Part shown: piece by piece, positions 1 to 11,406 of the stretch
Numbering within the stretch: the stretch's first letter is position 1
How the letters are laid out: every line of letters starts with the position of its first letter
NCBI RefSeq assembly: GCF_005080705.1
Contig: NZ_CP032996.1
Span: 240,001 to 272,000, forward strand
Source of the DNA: Buchnera aphidicola (Therioaphis trifolii)
GTDB lineage: Bacteria > Pseudomonadota > Gammaproteobacteria > Enterobacterales > Enterobacteriaceae
DNA length: 32,000 nt
Reading direction: 5' to 3'
Notes under the pieces: generated by a model
The model's input: only the letters and a program-made list of their open reading frames with translations
Told to the model about the DNA's origin: nothing
Database searches by the model: none
Translations under genes and position numbers: made by a program

Positions 1-1
1 A

Positions 2-1492
2 CAAGTAACTGGAATAGTAAAAAAAAGAAAATTTAAAAATATTAATAAAAAAATTAATACTGGAGAAATTGAAGTTATTGCTAATAATTTAAAAATTTTT
101 AATGCATCAGAATCTTTACCTATAGATATTCATAATATTAATGAAGAAAAAATTCGATTTAAATATCGTTATTTAGATTTACGTAATTTAAATATGTTGA
201 AAAATTTAAAAATACGTCATAAAATTACTGAAAATATAAGAAATTTTATGAATAAAAATAATTTTTTAAATATTGAAACACCTATTTTAAGTAAATCTAC
301 TCCTGAAGGAGCTCAAGAATATTTAGTTTCAAGTAGAATGCATAAAAAAAAATATTATGCCTTACCTCAATCTCCGCAAATATTTAAACAATTATTAATG
401 ATTTCTGGTATAGATAGATATTATCAAATTGCAAAATGTTTTCGAGATGAAGATTTAAGATCTGATCGACAACCTGAATTTACACAAATAGATATAGAAG
501 CATCATTTATTAATGATATTCAAATACGAGAAATTACTGAATTAATGATACAATCATTATGGAAAAAAATTATTAATTATAATTTAAAAAAATTTCCTAT
601 TATATCATTTCAGGAATCTATTGAAAAGTATGGTTCTGATAAACCTGATTTAAGAAATCCTATTATATTACATAATATAAATAATATAATTCAAAAATCT
701 GATAATAAATTTAATAAATTACATAGTATAGTAGTAGCTATAATAATTCCAAAAGGAATATTAAAATTAAAACAAAAACAAATAGATAAATTTAATAAAT
801 TAATTAATTTAGAAAAAAATATTGAATATTCATATATTTATATTAATAATACTAAAATAAAATATAATATTATTACTTTTTCAAAAATTTTTCAAAAACA
901 TATTATAGAAATTATTAATTTTATAAAAGCTAAAAATAATGATATAATTTTAATTATGTCTGGAAAATCTAATGTAATATATAATTTATTTCATAAATTA
1001 AGAAAAATAATTGCTCAAGAAATTAATATTATTAAAAAAAATACTTGGAAACCTGTTTGGATTATTGATTTTCCTATGTTTAAAAAAAATAAAAATAAAA
1101 TTTCAGCAGTACATCATTTATTTACAGCTCCGAAGAATATTGATATAAATATATTAAAAAAAAATCCTGAATCTGTCATTTCTAATTCTTATGATTTAGT
1201 AATTAATGGATATGAAATTGGAGGAGGATCTGTACGTATTAATAATTTTAAAATACAAAAAATTATTTTTGAAATATTAGGAATATCAATTATAAATAAA
1301 AATAATCCATTTCATTTTTTTCTTAATGCATTAAAATATGGTACACCGCCCCATGCAGGAATTGCTTTAGGATTAGATAGAATTGTTATGCTATTAACAA
1401 AAAATAAATCTATAAAAGATGTTATTGCATTCCCTAAAACTAATACAGCTACTTGTTTAATGACTAAATCTCCATCTAAATTAATATATTAA
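2..1492 (+). CDS. aspS: aspartate--tRNA ligase, 5' end cut by window edge
   Basis: The frame of the 194..1492 ORF is open back to base 2. The upstream translation (QVTGIVKK...[11 protein letters not shown]...[10 protein letters not shown]) is colinear with E. coli AspS. Class II motifs [18 protein letters not shown] and [14 protein letters not shown] are present. Confidence 0.95.
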   Translation, partial: QVTGIVKKRKFKNINKKINTGEIEVIANNLKIFNASESLPIDIHNINEEKIRFKYRYLDLRNLNMLKNLKIRHKITENIRNFMNKNNFLNIETPILSKSTPEGAQEYLVSSRMHKKKYYALPQSPQIFKQLLMISGIDRYYQIAKCFRDEDLRSDRQPEFTQIDIEASFINDIQIREITELMIQSLWKKIINYNLKKFPIISFQESIEKYGSDKPDLRNPIILHNINNIIQKSDNKFNKLHSIVVAIIIPKGILKLKQKQIDKFNKLINLEKNIEYSYIYINNTKIKYNIITFSKIFQKHIIEIINFIKAKNNDIILIMSGKSNVIYNLFHKLRKIIAQEINIIKKNTWKPVWIIDFPMFKKNKNKISAVHHLFTAPKNIDINILKKNPESVISNSYDLVINGYEIGGGSVRINNFKIQKIIFEILGISIINKNNPFHFFLNALKYGTPPHAGIALGLDRIVMLLTKNKSIKDVIAFPKTNTATCLMTKSPSKLIY

Positions 1493-1548
1493 TAATATTA
1501 ATTATAAAAAAATTATTTAATTATATTAATATTATTAATTAATTTAAT

Positions 1549-1580
1549 ATTATATAAAATAAAAATTTATTTTATATAAT
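1549..1580. terminator. A/T-only perfect palindrome (15-nt arms, 2-nt centre) between convergent aspS and pykA; possible weak bidirectional terminator
   Basis: attatataaaataaa-aa-tttattttatataat, read directly from the sequence. There are no G:C pairs, so stability is low. Confidence 0.2.
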
Positions 1581-1692
1581 TTAAATTAATTAAAATATTA
1601 TTTAAATTTTATTAAAATAATAATAAATTATTAATATATAATATAAATATTAAAATTTAAAATTATATTAGAATTTTATATATTAAAAATAA

Positions 1693-3135
1693 TTATACTC
1701 TTAAAATTCTATGAATATTTGTTTTTCCAGATTGACCCATAATATCTCCTTGTGTAATAATAATAATATCACCTATTTTTAATAAATTTTTCTTTAATAA
1801 TAATAAAATTGCATCATGTGCTACTTTTAACCCTTTATTTTGACTATTAAAATAAACAGGAATAACTCCGCGATATAAAGAAACTAAATTTAATACATTT
1901 TGATGTTTTGATAATGCAAAAATAGGTAATCCAGAACTAATTCTTGATGTTAATAAGGCACTTAATCCAGATTCTGTTAATGTAATAATTGCACGTACAC
2001 CATTTAAATGATTTGCAGCATACATTGCAGACATTGTGATAGTTTCTTCGATATTATCAAATTTAGTATTAAGTCTGTGTTTAGAAATACTCATTCTAGG
2101 TATTTTTTCTGCTCCTTTACATATATTTGACATTGCTTGTACAGTTTCAGATGGGTAATTTCCAGTAGCTGTTTCAGCTGATAACATTACTGCATCAGTT
2201 CCATCAAGAACAGCATTAGCAACATCCATAACTTCAGCTCTTGTAGGAATTGGATTATTAATCATAGATTCCATCATTTGTGTAGCTGTTATTACTATTC
2301 GATTAAGTTGTCTTGCATATTTTATTAATTTTTTTTGAGTACCAACTAATTCCGAATCACCAATTTCTACTCCTAAATCTCCTCTTGCCACCATAATTGC
2401 ATCTGATGCTAATATCATTCTTTTCATAATATTTACATTTGAAACAACTTCTGCTCTTTCCATTTTTGCTATTATTTTTGGATTATTTCCTAAATTATAT
2501 GATAATTCTCTAGCTAACATTAAATCTCTAGGATGTCTTGGAAATGATACTGATAAATAATCAACACCAATATTAGCTGCTACAATAATATCTTTTTTAT
2601 CTTTTTCTGTTAAAGAATCTGCGGATAAACCACCTCCTAATTTATTAACTCCTTTATTATTTGATAATTTTCCACCAATTAAAACTTTTGTAACTACTTC
2701 TGAATCATAAATTTCAAATACTTTTAATTGTATTCTACCATCATCTAATAATAAAATATCATTAATTTTTAAATCTGATGATAATTGTTTATAATCTATA
2801 CCAACGCGTTTTTCATCACCTTCATTATTTATTAAATTAGTATCTAATATAAATGTATTACCTGGAATAAGAAAGACATAATTATTTTTAAAACCAGATA
2901 TTCGAATTTTAGGACCTTGTAAATCTCCTAATATAGCTACATGACATCCAATTTTTTTAATAATTCGAAATGCATGATAAGCTCTACTTTCATGTTCTTC
3001 TTGAGTACCATGAGAAAAATTTAAACGTAATACATTAGCACCAGCTAATATTGATTTTTCAAGATTATTACCATCATCTGTTGTTGGTCCTAATGTAATT
3101 ACTATTTTTGTTCTTCTTGTTTTTTTTAAAATCAT
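1693..3135 (-). CDS. pykA: pyruvate kinase II
   Basis: 480 aa, colinear with E. coli PykA over its full length ([40 protein letters not shown]). Confidence 0.96.
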   Translation of the reverse strand: MILKKTRRTKIVITLGPTTDDGNNLEKSILAGANVLRLNFSHGTQEEHESRAYHAFRIIKKIGCHVAILGDLQGPKIRISGFKNNYVFLIPGNTFILDTNLINNEGDEKRVGIDYKQLSSDLKINDILLLDDGRIQLKVFEIYDSEVVTKVLIGGKLSNNKGVNKLGGGLSADSLTEKDKKDIIVAANIGVDYLSVSFPRHPRDLMLARELSYNLGNNPKIIAKMERAEVVSNVNIMKRMILASDAIMVARGDLGVEIGDSELVGTQKKLIKYARQLNRIVITATQMMESMINNPIPTRAEVMDVANAVLDGTDAVMLSAETATGNYPSETVQAMSNICKGAEKIPRMSISKHRLNTKFDNIEETITMSAMYAANHLNGVRAIITLTESGLSALLTSRISSGLPIFALSKHQNVLNLVSLYRGVIPVYFNSQNKGLKVAHDAILLLLKKNLLKIGDIIIITQGDIMGQSGKTNIHRILRV

Positions 3136-3321
3136 TTTAATTAACCATAATTTAGTAAATTAATATTTAAATTATAAATATAATAAACTATTATATAAAA
3201 TATTTTATAAAAAATATATAATTTAATTTTATAATTAATATATTAATTAAAAATATTTTTTAAAATATTATTAATATAATATCTTAATTTTTATAATAAA
3301 ATATATTTATAAAAATATAAA

Positions 3322-4779
3322 TTGTTTAATGAGGAATATGTGAATATAAAATTTATTCAATCATATGATATAGTAATTTTTGGAGCTAAAGGTGATTTAT
3401 CTTGTAGAAAATTAATACCTGCATTATATCAATTAGAAAAAAAAAAAATATTAAATCAAAAAATAAGAATTATTGGAGTAGGAAGAGCAAATTGGAATAA
3501 TAAAGAATATGCTAAAAAAGTATTTAAAGCATTAAATAAATTTTGTAATGAACCAATTGATATTAAAATTTGGAATATATTTAAAAAAAAATTACATTTT
3601 TGTAATGTTGATGTTACTAATTTAAAAGATTTTTTTTTATTAAAAATGATATTATCACAATTAATAAATATAAAAATTTATTACTTTGCTATGCCTCCTA
3701 ATACATTTAATAATATTTGTAAAGGATTAGGATCAATTAACTATAATAATAAACCTCATAGAATTATTGTTGAAAAACCAATAGGTACATCACTTGCATC
3801 TTCAAAAGAAACAAATCAACAATTAAGAAAATATTTTCAAGAAGAACAAATATTTAGAATAGATCATTATTTAGGAAAAGAAACAATATTAAATTTATTA
3901 GCATTACGTTTTACAAATCCAATATTTTATAATATTTGGAATAATACCACTATTGAAGCTATTAAAATTACTGTTGCAGAACAAGTTGGAATTGAAGGTA
4001 GATGGAAATATTTTAATCAAATTGGTCAAACTAGAGATATGGTACAAAATCATTTATTACAAATTTTAAGCTTAATTACAATGTCTCAACCAAAAAAATT
4101 AAATGCTAATTGCATTAGAGAAAAAAAAATTAAAGTTTTAAAATCATTAAAAAAAATTAAATTAAAAGATATTTCTAAAAATACTATAAGAGGACAGTAT
4201 ACTACTGGAGTAATAAATGGAAAATTAGCTACTTCTTATTTAAATGAAAAAGGATCTGATAAAAATAGTGATATTGAAACTTTTGTTTTAATTAAAGCTA
4301 ATATTGATAATAAAATGTGGAAAGGAGTACCTTTTTATTTAAAAACAGGAAAACGATTAAAATCTAAAAAATCTGAAATTGTAATATATTTTAAAAATAT
4401 ACCTAATTCAGTTTTTAAAAAAAATTTAAATGATAATTATAAAAATAAATTAATAATAAGATTAGAACCTAATGAAGGTATAGAAATTCAATTTTTCAAT
4501 AAAATGCCCGATATTAACTCTAATTATAAATTAATAAATTCTAAATTAAATTTTAATTATACAAGTATTATAAAAAATAAAATATCAGATGCATATGAAC
4601 GATTATTATTAGAAAGTATGAAAAATGATCAATCTTTATTTGTTTCTCAAGAAGAAATTGAAACTTCATGGGAATGGATAGATTCTATTATTAATTCTTG
4701 GAAATTAAATAATATGAAAGTACAATTATATCCGTCAGGAACTTGGGGGCCGGATTTTTCAAATAAAAATATAAAATAA
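3322..4779 (+). CDS. zwf: glucose-6-phosphate 1-dehydrogenase
   Basis: Contains IVIFGAKGDL (NADP site) and RIDHYLGKE (active-site motif). The track start is TTG 3322. In-frame GTG 3340 is preceded by GAGGA (3331-3335) and gives an N-terminus closer to the E. coli length, so it is the more likely true start. Confidence 0.93.
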   Translation: MFNEEYVNIKFIQSYDIVIFGAKGDLSCRKLIPALYQLEKKKILNQKIRIIGVGRANWNNKEYAKKVFKALNKFCNEPIDIKIWNIFKKKLHFCNVDVTNLKDFFLLKMILSQLINIKIYYFAMPPNTFNNICKGLGSINYNNKPHRIIVEKPIGTSLASSKETNQQLRKYFQEEQIFRIDHYLGKETILNLLALRFTNPIFYNIWNNTTIEAIKITVAEQVGIEGRWKYFNQIGQTRDMVQNHLLQILSLITMSQPKKLNANCIREKKIKVLKSLKKIKLKDISKNTIRGQYTTGVINGKLATSYLNEKGSDKNSDIETFVLIKANIDNKMWKGVPFYLKTGKRLKSKKSEIVIYFKNIPNSVFKKNLNDNYKNKLIIRLEPNEGIEIQFFNKMPDINSNYKLINSKLNFNYTSIIKNKISDAYERLLLESMKNDQSLFVSQEEIETSWEWIDSIINSWKLNNMKVQLYPSGTWGPDFSNKNIK

Positions 4780-4894
4780 TATTATTAATTTTTAAAAAAA
4801 TATCATTTTAAATATAATAATTATTAACATTATTAATGAATATGATATATTATAATATATATATAATCTTTTCTAAAATAGGATATTTAATTAT

Positions 4895-5773
4895 ATGATA
4901 CGAGTCATTCTATTTTTAATCACTAATCTATCTGTGACTTTTATGTTTGGAACAGTTTTGTTTTTGACAGGAATTGAATCTAACAGTATCAGAGGATTAA
5001 TTATTTTCTCTTCTCTTGTTGGATTTACTGGTTCTATTACATCATTATTTTTATCAAAATGGTCTGCTTTACGATCAGTAAATGCAAGAATAATTGATAA
5101 ACCTCAAACTTCAATAGAAGTTTTAATTGTTAATGCTGTAAGATATCAATCTAGTCAATTAGGAATTAAAACTCCAGAAATTGCAATTTATGAATCAAAT
5201 ACTATTAATGCTTTTGCAACAGGTTACAGTCAAAATAATTCTGTAGTTGCTTTTTCTACTAAACTTATAAAAGTTATGGATAAAGAAGATTTACAATCTG
5301 TAATTGCACATGAACTTAGTCATATTGTAAATGGTGATATGGTTACTTTAGCGTTAATACAAGGTGTAATAAATACATTTATATTTTTTGTATCTACATA
5401 TGTATCAAGATTTGTAATGAATATATTGATTACTAATAGAAATTCTAATTATGTAAGATCATATGGTTTTTTAATTAATTATGTAATTTCTATGTTTTTG
5501 CAGGCTGTTTTTGGAATGTTTGCAAGTATAATTGTAATGGCATTTTCAAGATATCGAGAATTTAGAGCAGATGCTGATGCCGCAAAACGTATTGGATGGG
5601 ATAAAATGATTAAATTATTAATTCGATTTAAAGAAGTTACTGAACCTCAACCTCCAGAAGATATTAAAACATATTGTATTAATGGACAATCTAAAGCAAT
5701 TTTTAATTTATTTGCTTCTCATCCTCCTGTTCAAGATAGAATTGATGCATTACATAAAAAAAAATATGAATAA
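4895..5773 (+). CDS. htpX: membrane zinc metalloprotease HtpX
   Basis: 292 aa, colinear with E. coli HtpX, with the HExxH motif (AHELSHIVNGDM) and hydrophobic segments. Confidence 0.94.
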   Translation: MIRVILFLITNLSVTFMFGTVLFLTGIESNSIRGLIIFSSLVGFTGSITSLFLSKWSALRSVNARIIDKPQTSIEVLIVNAVRYQSSQLGIKTPEIAIYESNTINAFATGYSQNNSVVAFSTKLIKVMDKEDLQSVIAHELSHIVNGDMVTLALIQGVINTFIFFVSTYVSRFVMNILITNRNSNYVRSYGFLINYVISMFLQAVFGMFASIIVMAFSRYREFRADADAAKRIGWDKMIKLLIRFKEVTEPQPPEDIKTYCINGQSKAIFNLFASHPPVQDRIDALHKKKYE

Positions 5774-5835
5774 TTATTATAAAAAATAAATTTGATTAAT
5801 TTAATCATTTATATTATTTTTTACGGAGTGTTTTA

Positions 5836-7410
5836 ATGGTATGTTTGTTAAATCCAAATTTATGGTTTGGATTATTAACTTTAGTCTTACTGGAAATAGT
5901 ATTAAGTATCGATAATTTAATATTTATTGCTATTCTATCTGGTAAATTACCACCTAAACAAAGGAATAAAGCTCGTTTAATAGGTTTAGGATTTTCATTA
6001 ACTATTCGTTTGATTTTATTATTAATAATATCATGGATTATTACATTAACTGATCCTATATTTAATAATAAATATTTTATTTTATCTGGACGTGACTTAA
6101 TACTATTATCCGGTGGACTATTTTTATTTTTTAAAGCTACCATTGAATTACATGAAAAATTAGAAGGATGTTTAAATAATCCAACTAATAATAAAAATTA
6201 TTCTGGATTTTGGACAATTGTTATACAGATTGTTATATTAGATGTAATTTTTTCATTAGATTCTGTTATTACTGCAGTTGGCATGGTAAATAAATTATTT
6301 ATCATGATGTTTGCAGTAATAATTGCTACATTTTTAATGTTAATAGCATCTAAACCTTTAACAAAATTTATTAATTCTAATAAAACTATAGTAGTTTTAT
6401 GTTTAAGTTTTCTTTTAATAATTGGTTTAAATTTAATTTCGGAATCAATAGGAATATATATTCCTAAAGGATATATATATGTCGCTATAGGTTTTTCTGT
6501 AATAATTGAATCTTTTAATCAAATTGCATTTCATAATTTTACAAAATATGAATCTTTAAAACCAATTCGTCAACGTATTACAGAAATTATTTTAAGAATT
6601 ATTAATAAAACACATTATAAAAATATTATAAAAAATAAAAATTTACAAAAAATTAAAAAAAATAATTTATATAATGTATTAAAAATTCGAAAAGAAAATT
6701 TTCATGATGAAGAAAAATATATGATTAGTAGTATATTAAATTTAGCTTCTCGATCAATTAGAAGTATTATGACACCTAGAGAAGAAATTTCATGGATTGA
6801 TACTAATAATACTATTGAACAAATTAAAATAAAATTATTAGATACACCCCATAGTTTGTTTCCAGTATGTAGGGGGGAATTAGATAATATTTTAGGTGTT
6901 GTACGTGCAAAAGAATTATTAGTACATTTAAATCGTCATAAAAAAAATATTGAACAATTTTCTTCTACAACACCCCCAATTGTTGTTTTAGAAACATTAG
7001 ATCCAATTAATTTAATTAAAATTTTAAGACAATCTAAGGGTAATTTTGTTATTGTTATTAATGAATTTAATGTAGTACAAGGATTAATTACTCCTTTAGA
7101 TATTTTAGAAACTATTGCTGGAGAATTTCCAGATGCTGATGAAACTCCAGCTATTATCATAGAAAAAAATAGTTGGTTAGTTAAAGGAAGTACAAATATT
7201 TCTACTATTAGTCAAGTCTTAAAAATAAAAAATTTTTTATACAATAAAAAAAATAATCATTCTTTATCAAAATTACTAATTAATAAATTTGGAAGAGTAC
7301 CTAATCCAGGAGATATTATAATTATTCCTCCATTAAAATTTAATATTATTTTAGTAACAGAATATCAAATTAATTTAATTAGAATTATTAAAAATACACA
7401 AATACAATAA
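5836..7410 (+). CDS. yoaE: TerC-family membrane protein with CBS pair and CorC/HlyC C-terminal domain
   Basis: 524 aa, colinear with E. coli YoaE ([58 protein letters not shown]). Confidence 0.9.
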   Translation: MVCLLNPNLWFGLLTLVLLEIVLSIDNLIFIAILSGKLPPKQRNKARLIGLGFSLTIRLILLLIISWIITLTDPIFNNKYFILSGRDLILLSGGLFLFFKATIELHEKLEGCLNNPTNNKNYSGFWTIVIQIVILDVIFSLDSVITAVGMVNKLFIMMFAVIIATFLMLIASKPLTKFINSNKTIVVLCLSFLLIIGLNLISESIGIYIPKGYIYVAIGFSVIIESFNQIAFHNFTKYESLKPIRQRITEIILRIINKTHYKNIIKNKNLQKIKKNNLYNVLKIRKENFHDEEKYMISSILNLASRSIRSIMTPREEISWIDTNNTIEQIKIKLLDTPHSLFPVCRGELDNILGVVRAKELLVHLNRHKKNIEQFSSTTPPIVVLETLDPINLIKILRQSKGNFVIVINEFNVVQGLITPLDILETIAGEFPDADETPAIIIEKNSWLVKGSTNISTISQVLKIKNFLYNKKNNHSLSKLLINKFGRVPNPGDIIIIPPLKFNIILVTEYQINLIRIIKNTQIQ

Positions 7411-7445
7411 ATAAATATTTATAAAAATTAATTTGGTTTATTAAT

Positions 7446-8123
7446 ATGAAATTTAAAAAAATAAAAAATAATATAATATCTATTGATTCATCATATAAAT
7501 ATAATATTATTTCTATTATATATAATAATATATTTCATTATAAAATTAAAAAATGCAATAATAATCATGAAAAAAATATTTTATATATGATTGAATCATT
7601 ATTAAAATGTAATAATATTCAAATAAATAATTTTCAAATTATTTCATTTGTTAATGGTCCAGGAAGTTTTACTGGAATACGACTTGCTGCAAGTATTGCA
7701 CAAGGATTATCAATTCCTAATAATGCTCTTTTAATAGGAATTTCATCATTAAAAATATTAGCTGAACAAGCATGGCGTTTATATAAAATAAAAAATATTA
7801 TTATTTGTAAAATTGCAAATAAAAAAAATTTTTTTTGGGTACAATATAAAAGAAATAAAATGAATTTTTGGATAGGTAAAGAATTAATATTAAATATAAA
7901 TCAAATATTAATAAAAATTAATTCTTTAAAAAAAATATGGTATATTACTGGGTCAGGATTTAAATATTTAAAATATCAAAATAATCCATTTTTACATTAT
8001 ATTAAAATTAAAGAATCATATGAAAAAGATTTAATTTCAATTACTATGATGGAAAAACAAAAAAAAAATTTTTCATTATTAAATAATATTAAATTAAATT
8101 ATTTAAACAATCCCAATTACTAA
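7446..8123 (+). CDS. tsaB: tRNA t6A37 synthesis protein TsaB (YeaZ)
   Basis: 225 aa. NGPGSFTGIRLAASIAQGL matches the TsaB/YeaZ core GPGSFTGVRIGIGIAQGL. The rest is highly diverged. Confidence 0.85.
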   Translation: MKFKKIKNNIISIDSSYKYNIISIIYNNIFHYKIKKCNNNHEKNILYMIESLLKCNNIQINNFQIISFVNGPGSFTGIRLAASIAQGLSIPNNALLIGISSLKILAEQAWRLYKIKNIIICKIANKKNFFWVQYKRNKMNFWIGKELILNINQILIKINSLKKIWYITGSGFKYLKYQNNPFLHYIKIKESYEKDLISITMMEKQKKNFSLLNNIKLNYLNNPNY

Positions 8124-8148
8124 ATTAATAAAAAAATAAAAAAATTAA

Positions 8149-8187
8149 AAACTACATATTTCATTTATAAATAAATATATGTAGTTT
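8149..8187. terminator. hairpin between convergent tsaB and leuD; rho-independent terminator for the leu operon (minus strand)
   Basis: 11-bp perfect stem aaactacatat (8149-8159) / atatgtagttt (8177-8187), plus an inner 5-bp helix attta/taaat. On the minus strand it is followed by ttttaatttt. Confidence 0.55.
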
Positions 8188-8213
8188 AAAATTAAAAATT
8201 ATAATTTCTTTAA

Positions 8214-8837
8214 TTAATATAAATTTATTAAAAATTTAGGTATTGATTTTTCATATTTCAAAATTTTTTTTTTATTTTTTAATGTTAAATCAATATTATC
8301 TAAACCTTCTAATAAACAAGATCGATAAAAATCATCAATTTTAAAATCATATTTTAAATTATTAATTTTTATTTTTTTTTTATATAAATTTATAGTTGCT
8401 TTTATTCCCGGATTATTATAAATCATATGAAATATATTATTTATATTTTTTTCAGACAATGTTATTAACAATAAATGATTATTAAAACTATTACTATAAA
8501 AAATATCAGCAAAACTAGGAGCGATAATTACTCTAAATCCATAATCTAATAAAGCCCATACAGCATGTTCTCTAGATGAACCACATCCAAAATTATTTCT
8601 TGTAATTAATATACTTGATTTTTGATATTGAGATTTATTTAAAACAAAATTTAAATTTACATGTTTTTTATTACCTTCTAAAAATCTCCAATTATAAAAT
8701 AAACTATCTGAAAATCCAGTTTTATCTATTTTTTGTAAAAATTGTTTTGGTATAATTGCATCTGTATCAACATTTGATAAATCTAATGGAGCTATAATTC
8801 CAGTATGATGAATAAACTTTTTCAATTTCAACTCCAA
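8214..8837 (-). CDS. leuD: 3-isopropylmalate dehydratase small subunit
   Basis: 207 aa, with NVDTDAIIPKQFLQKI and NFGCGSSREHAVWAL as in E. coli LeuD. Confidence 0.95.
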   Translation of the reverse strand: MELKLKKFIHHTGIIAPLDLSNVDTDAIIPKQFLQKIDKTGFSDSLFYNWRFLEGNKKHVNLNFVLNKSQYQKSSILITRNNFGCGSSREHAVWALLDYGFRVIIAPSFADIFYSNSFNNHLLLITLSEKNINNIFHMIYNNPGIKATINLYKKKIKINNLKYDFKIDDFYRSCLLEGLDNIDLTLKNKKKILKYEKSIPKFLINLY

Positions 8838-8849
8838 ATGTTTTTTATA

Positions 8850-10250
8850 TTATAATAATTTTCTAATATCTTTAAATTTCCCAAAAATTGCCGCTATAGC
8901 TGCCATAACTGGACTAACTAAATGTGTTCTACTATTTCTTCCTTGTCTATGTTCAAAATTACGATTACTAGTTGAAGCACATCGATCTTTAGGATTTAAT
9001 TGATCATCATTCATACCTAAACACATTGAACATCCAGGTAATCTCCATTCAAAACCAGCATTAATAAATATTTTATCTAATCCTTCTTTTTCAGCTTGTT
9101 TTTTCACTAATTTTGAACCTGGAACAACGATAGCTTTTACTCTAGAATGAACATGTTGATTATAAATAACTTTTGAAGCTATTCTTAAATCTTCTATTCT
9201 AGAATTTGTACAAGAACCAATAAATACTTTATTAATTTTTACATCTGTTAAAAATACACCTTCTTTTAATCCCATATATAATAAAGATTTTTTTGCTGAT
9301 TCTTTTTTTATTATATTTTGAAATGATTTAATTAATGGAATAGGTTCATCTATTGAAATTACCTGTTCAGGATTAGTTCCCCATGTAACTTGTGGAGCAA
9401 GATTATTAATATTAATAAATATAGATTTATCAAAAACAGCATTATGATCTGATTTTAAATTTTTCCAATATTTTATAGCACTATTCCAATCAGATCCTTT
9501 AGGAGAAAATTTTTTATTTTTTAAATAATTAAAAGTAATAATATCAGGAGCAATAATACCTGATTTTGCACCCATTTCAATTGCCATATTACATAATGTC
9601 ATTCTACCTTCCATGCTTAAAGAAGTAATAGTTTCTCCAGTAAATTCAATTACATATCCCGTTCCTCCAGACACCCCAATTGTTTTTATTATATATAAAA
9701 TTATATCTTTTGGAGTAATATAATTATTTAATGTACCAGAAATATTAATTTTCATAGTTTTATAACGTTTTTGTTTAATTGTTTGAGTTGCAAGTACATG
9801 TTCTACTTCTGATGTTCCTATTCCAAATGCTAATGCTCCAAAAGCACCATGCGTAGAAGTATGAGAATCTCCACAAACAATTAACATACCAGGTAATGTC
9901 ATACCATTTTCTGGTCCAATAACATGAACAATACCTTGATTTTCATTTTTTAAATCAAATAACGGAATATTAAAATCACGACAATTATTTAATAAAGCTT
10001 GTATTTGATTACGAGCCATATTATTTAATAAATTTATATCATTAGTTTTAGTTGAAACATTATGATCCATGGTTGCAAATGTTTTTTTTGAACAATGTAC
10101 ACTTCTGTTATTTAAACGTAATCCACTAAATGCTTGAGGTGAAGTGACTTCATGAATTAAATGTAAATCTACATATAAAATAGATGTATCATTATTTTCT
10201 TTATAAATTATATGATTATCATATAACTTTTCATACAATGTTTTTCCCAT
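8850..10250 (-). CDS. leuC: 3-isopropylmalate dehydratase large subunit
   Basis: 466 aa starting MGKTLYEKL. Contains [42 protein letters not shown] and the Fe-S Cys motifs [11 protein letters not shown] and [10 protein letters not shown]. Confidence 0.97.
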   Translation of the reverse strand: MGKTLYEKLYDNHIIYKENNDTSILYVDLHLIHEVTSPQAFSGLRLNNRSVHCSKKTFATMDHNVSTKTNDINLLNNMARNQIQALLNNCRDFNIPLFDLKNENQGIVHVIGPENGMTLPGMLIVCGDSHTSTHGAFGALAFGIGTSEVEHVLATQTIKQKRYKTMKINISGTLNNYITPKDIILYIIKTIGVSGGTGYVIEFTGETITSLSMEGRMTLCNMAIEMGAKSGIIAPDIITFNYLKNKKFSPKGSDWNSAIKYWKNLKSDHNAVFDKSIFININNLAPQVTWGTNPEQVISIDEPIPLIKSFQNIIKKESAKKSLLYMGLKEGVFLTDVKINKVFIGSCTNSRIEDLRIASKVIYNQHVHSRVKAIVVPGSKLVKKQAEKEGLDKIFINAGFEWRLPGCSMCLGMNDDQLNPKDRCASTSNRNFEHRQGRNSRTHLVSPVMAAIAAIFGKFKDIRKLL

Positions 10251-10251
10251 A

Positions 10252-11346
10252 TTATATCTCTTTTTTAAAAATTTGAGAAATTATATCTCCCATTTCATTA
10301 GTAGTAACATAATCTTTTTTATTATTTGAAATATCAAAAGTTCTATAACCTTTTTTTAATGCTATTTTTACTGATTGAAAAATAATATCTGAAAGTTCAT
10401 ATAAATTCATACTATAACGTAATAATAAAGCAATAGATAAAATTTGAGCAATAGGATTAGCTATATTTTTTCCTTGAATATCTGGAGCAGATCCCCCAGC
10501 TGGTTCATATAAACCAAAATTTTCATTATTTAAACTAGCAGATGGTAACATACCAATAGATCCAGTAATTGCTGCTAATTCATCTGAAATAATATCTCCA
10601 AATAAATTAGGACATAATATTATATCAAATTGATTTGGATTTTTAATAATTTGCATTACTGCATTATCAACATATAAATGTGATAATTTTATTTCAGGAT
10701 ATTTTTTTGATATCATTTCTACTGTATTTTTCCAAAGTTTTGAACTTTCTAAAACATTAGATTTATCAATAGATATAATTTTTTTTTTTCTTTGTTTTGA
10801 AATTTCGAATGCTATTTTTGCTATTTTTTGAATTTCATATTTATAATAAATTTCAGTATCAAAAGCAAATTCTCCTAGCTTAGGATCTATTTTTCTATTT
10901 GATTTTCCAAAATATATTCCTCCTGTTAATTCACGAATACATAATATATCTATACCAGAATTAATAATATTTTGACGTAATGGAGATAAATCCACTAATT
11001 CAGGATATAAAATCGCTGGTCTAATATTTGCAAATAAATTAAAATATTTTCTTAAAGGTAATAAAGCACCACGTTCTGGTTTTTTTTCATCAGGAATATT
11101 ATTCCATTTTGGACCTCCTACTGAACCCAATAAAATAGCATCAGAATTTTTACAACCTAATAAAGTATTTTTAGGTAACGGAATACCATATTTATCAATT
11201 GCTATACCACCTATATCATATTCATTAATAATAAAATTTATATGACATTTTGTTTTTAAGATATTTAAAATTTTATATCCTTCTTGCATTACTTCAGGAC
11301 CAATACCATCTCCAGGTAATACTGCTAAATTAAATTTTTTTTTCAT
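10252..11346 (-). CDS. leuB: 3-isopropylmalate dehydrogenase
   Basis: 364 aa, with [10 protein letters not shown] and [26 protein letters not shown]. The stop is 1 nt from the leuC start. Confidence 0.96.
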   Translation of the reverse strand: MKKKFNLAVLPGDGIGPEVMQEGYKILNILKTKCHINFIINEYDIGGIAIDKYGIPLPKNTLLGCKNSDAILLGSVGGPKWNNIPDEKKPERGALLPLRKYFNLFANIRPAILYPELVDLSPLRQNIINSGIDILCIRELTGGIYFGKSNRKIDPKLGEFAFDTEIYYKYEIQKIAKIAFEISKQRKKKIISIDKSNVLESSKLWKNTVEMISKKYPEIKLSHLYVDNAVMQIIKNPNQFDIILCPNLFGDIISDELAAITGSIGMLPSASLNNENFGLYEPAGGSAPDIQGKNIANPIAQILSIALLLRYSMNLYELSDIIFQSVKIALKKGYRTFDISNNKKDYVTTNEMGDIISQIFKKEI

Positions 11347-11406
11347 ATTTTTTATTACTTATTTTAATTAATTTTTAAATATAAATTTTTAATAATATAT
11401 AAAATA

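Noticed and set aside
4780-4894. Search for a sigma32 heat-shock promoter (CTTGAAA...CCCCAT) upstream of htpX
   Set aside because: No C-rich -10 element or TTGAAA -35 is present. The spacer is A/T only, so no regulatory call is made.
5814-6143. 109-aa minus-strand ORF overlapping the start of yoaE
   Set aside because: It lies entirely antisense to the strongly conserved TerC domain of yoaE. The low-complexity translation has no recognisable motif. Long antisense ORFs are expected in A/T-rich coding DNA.
6936-7160. 74-aa minus-strand ORF inside yoaE
   Set aside because: It is antisense to the conserved CBS/CorC region ([11 protein letters not shown]), with no independent start context or homology.
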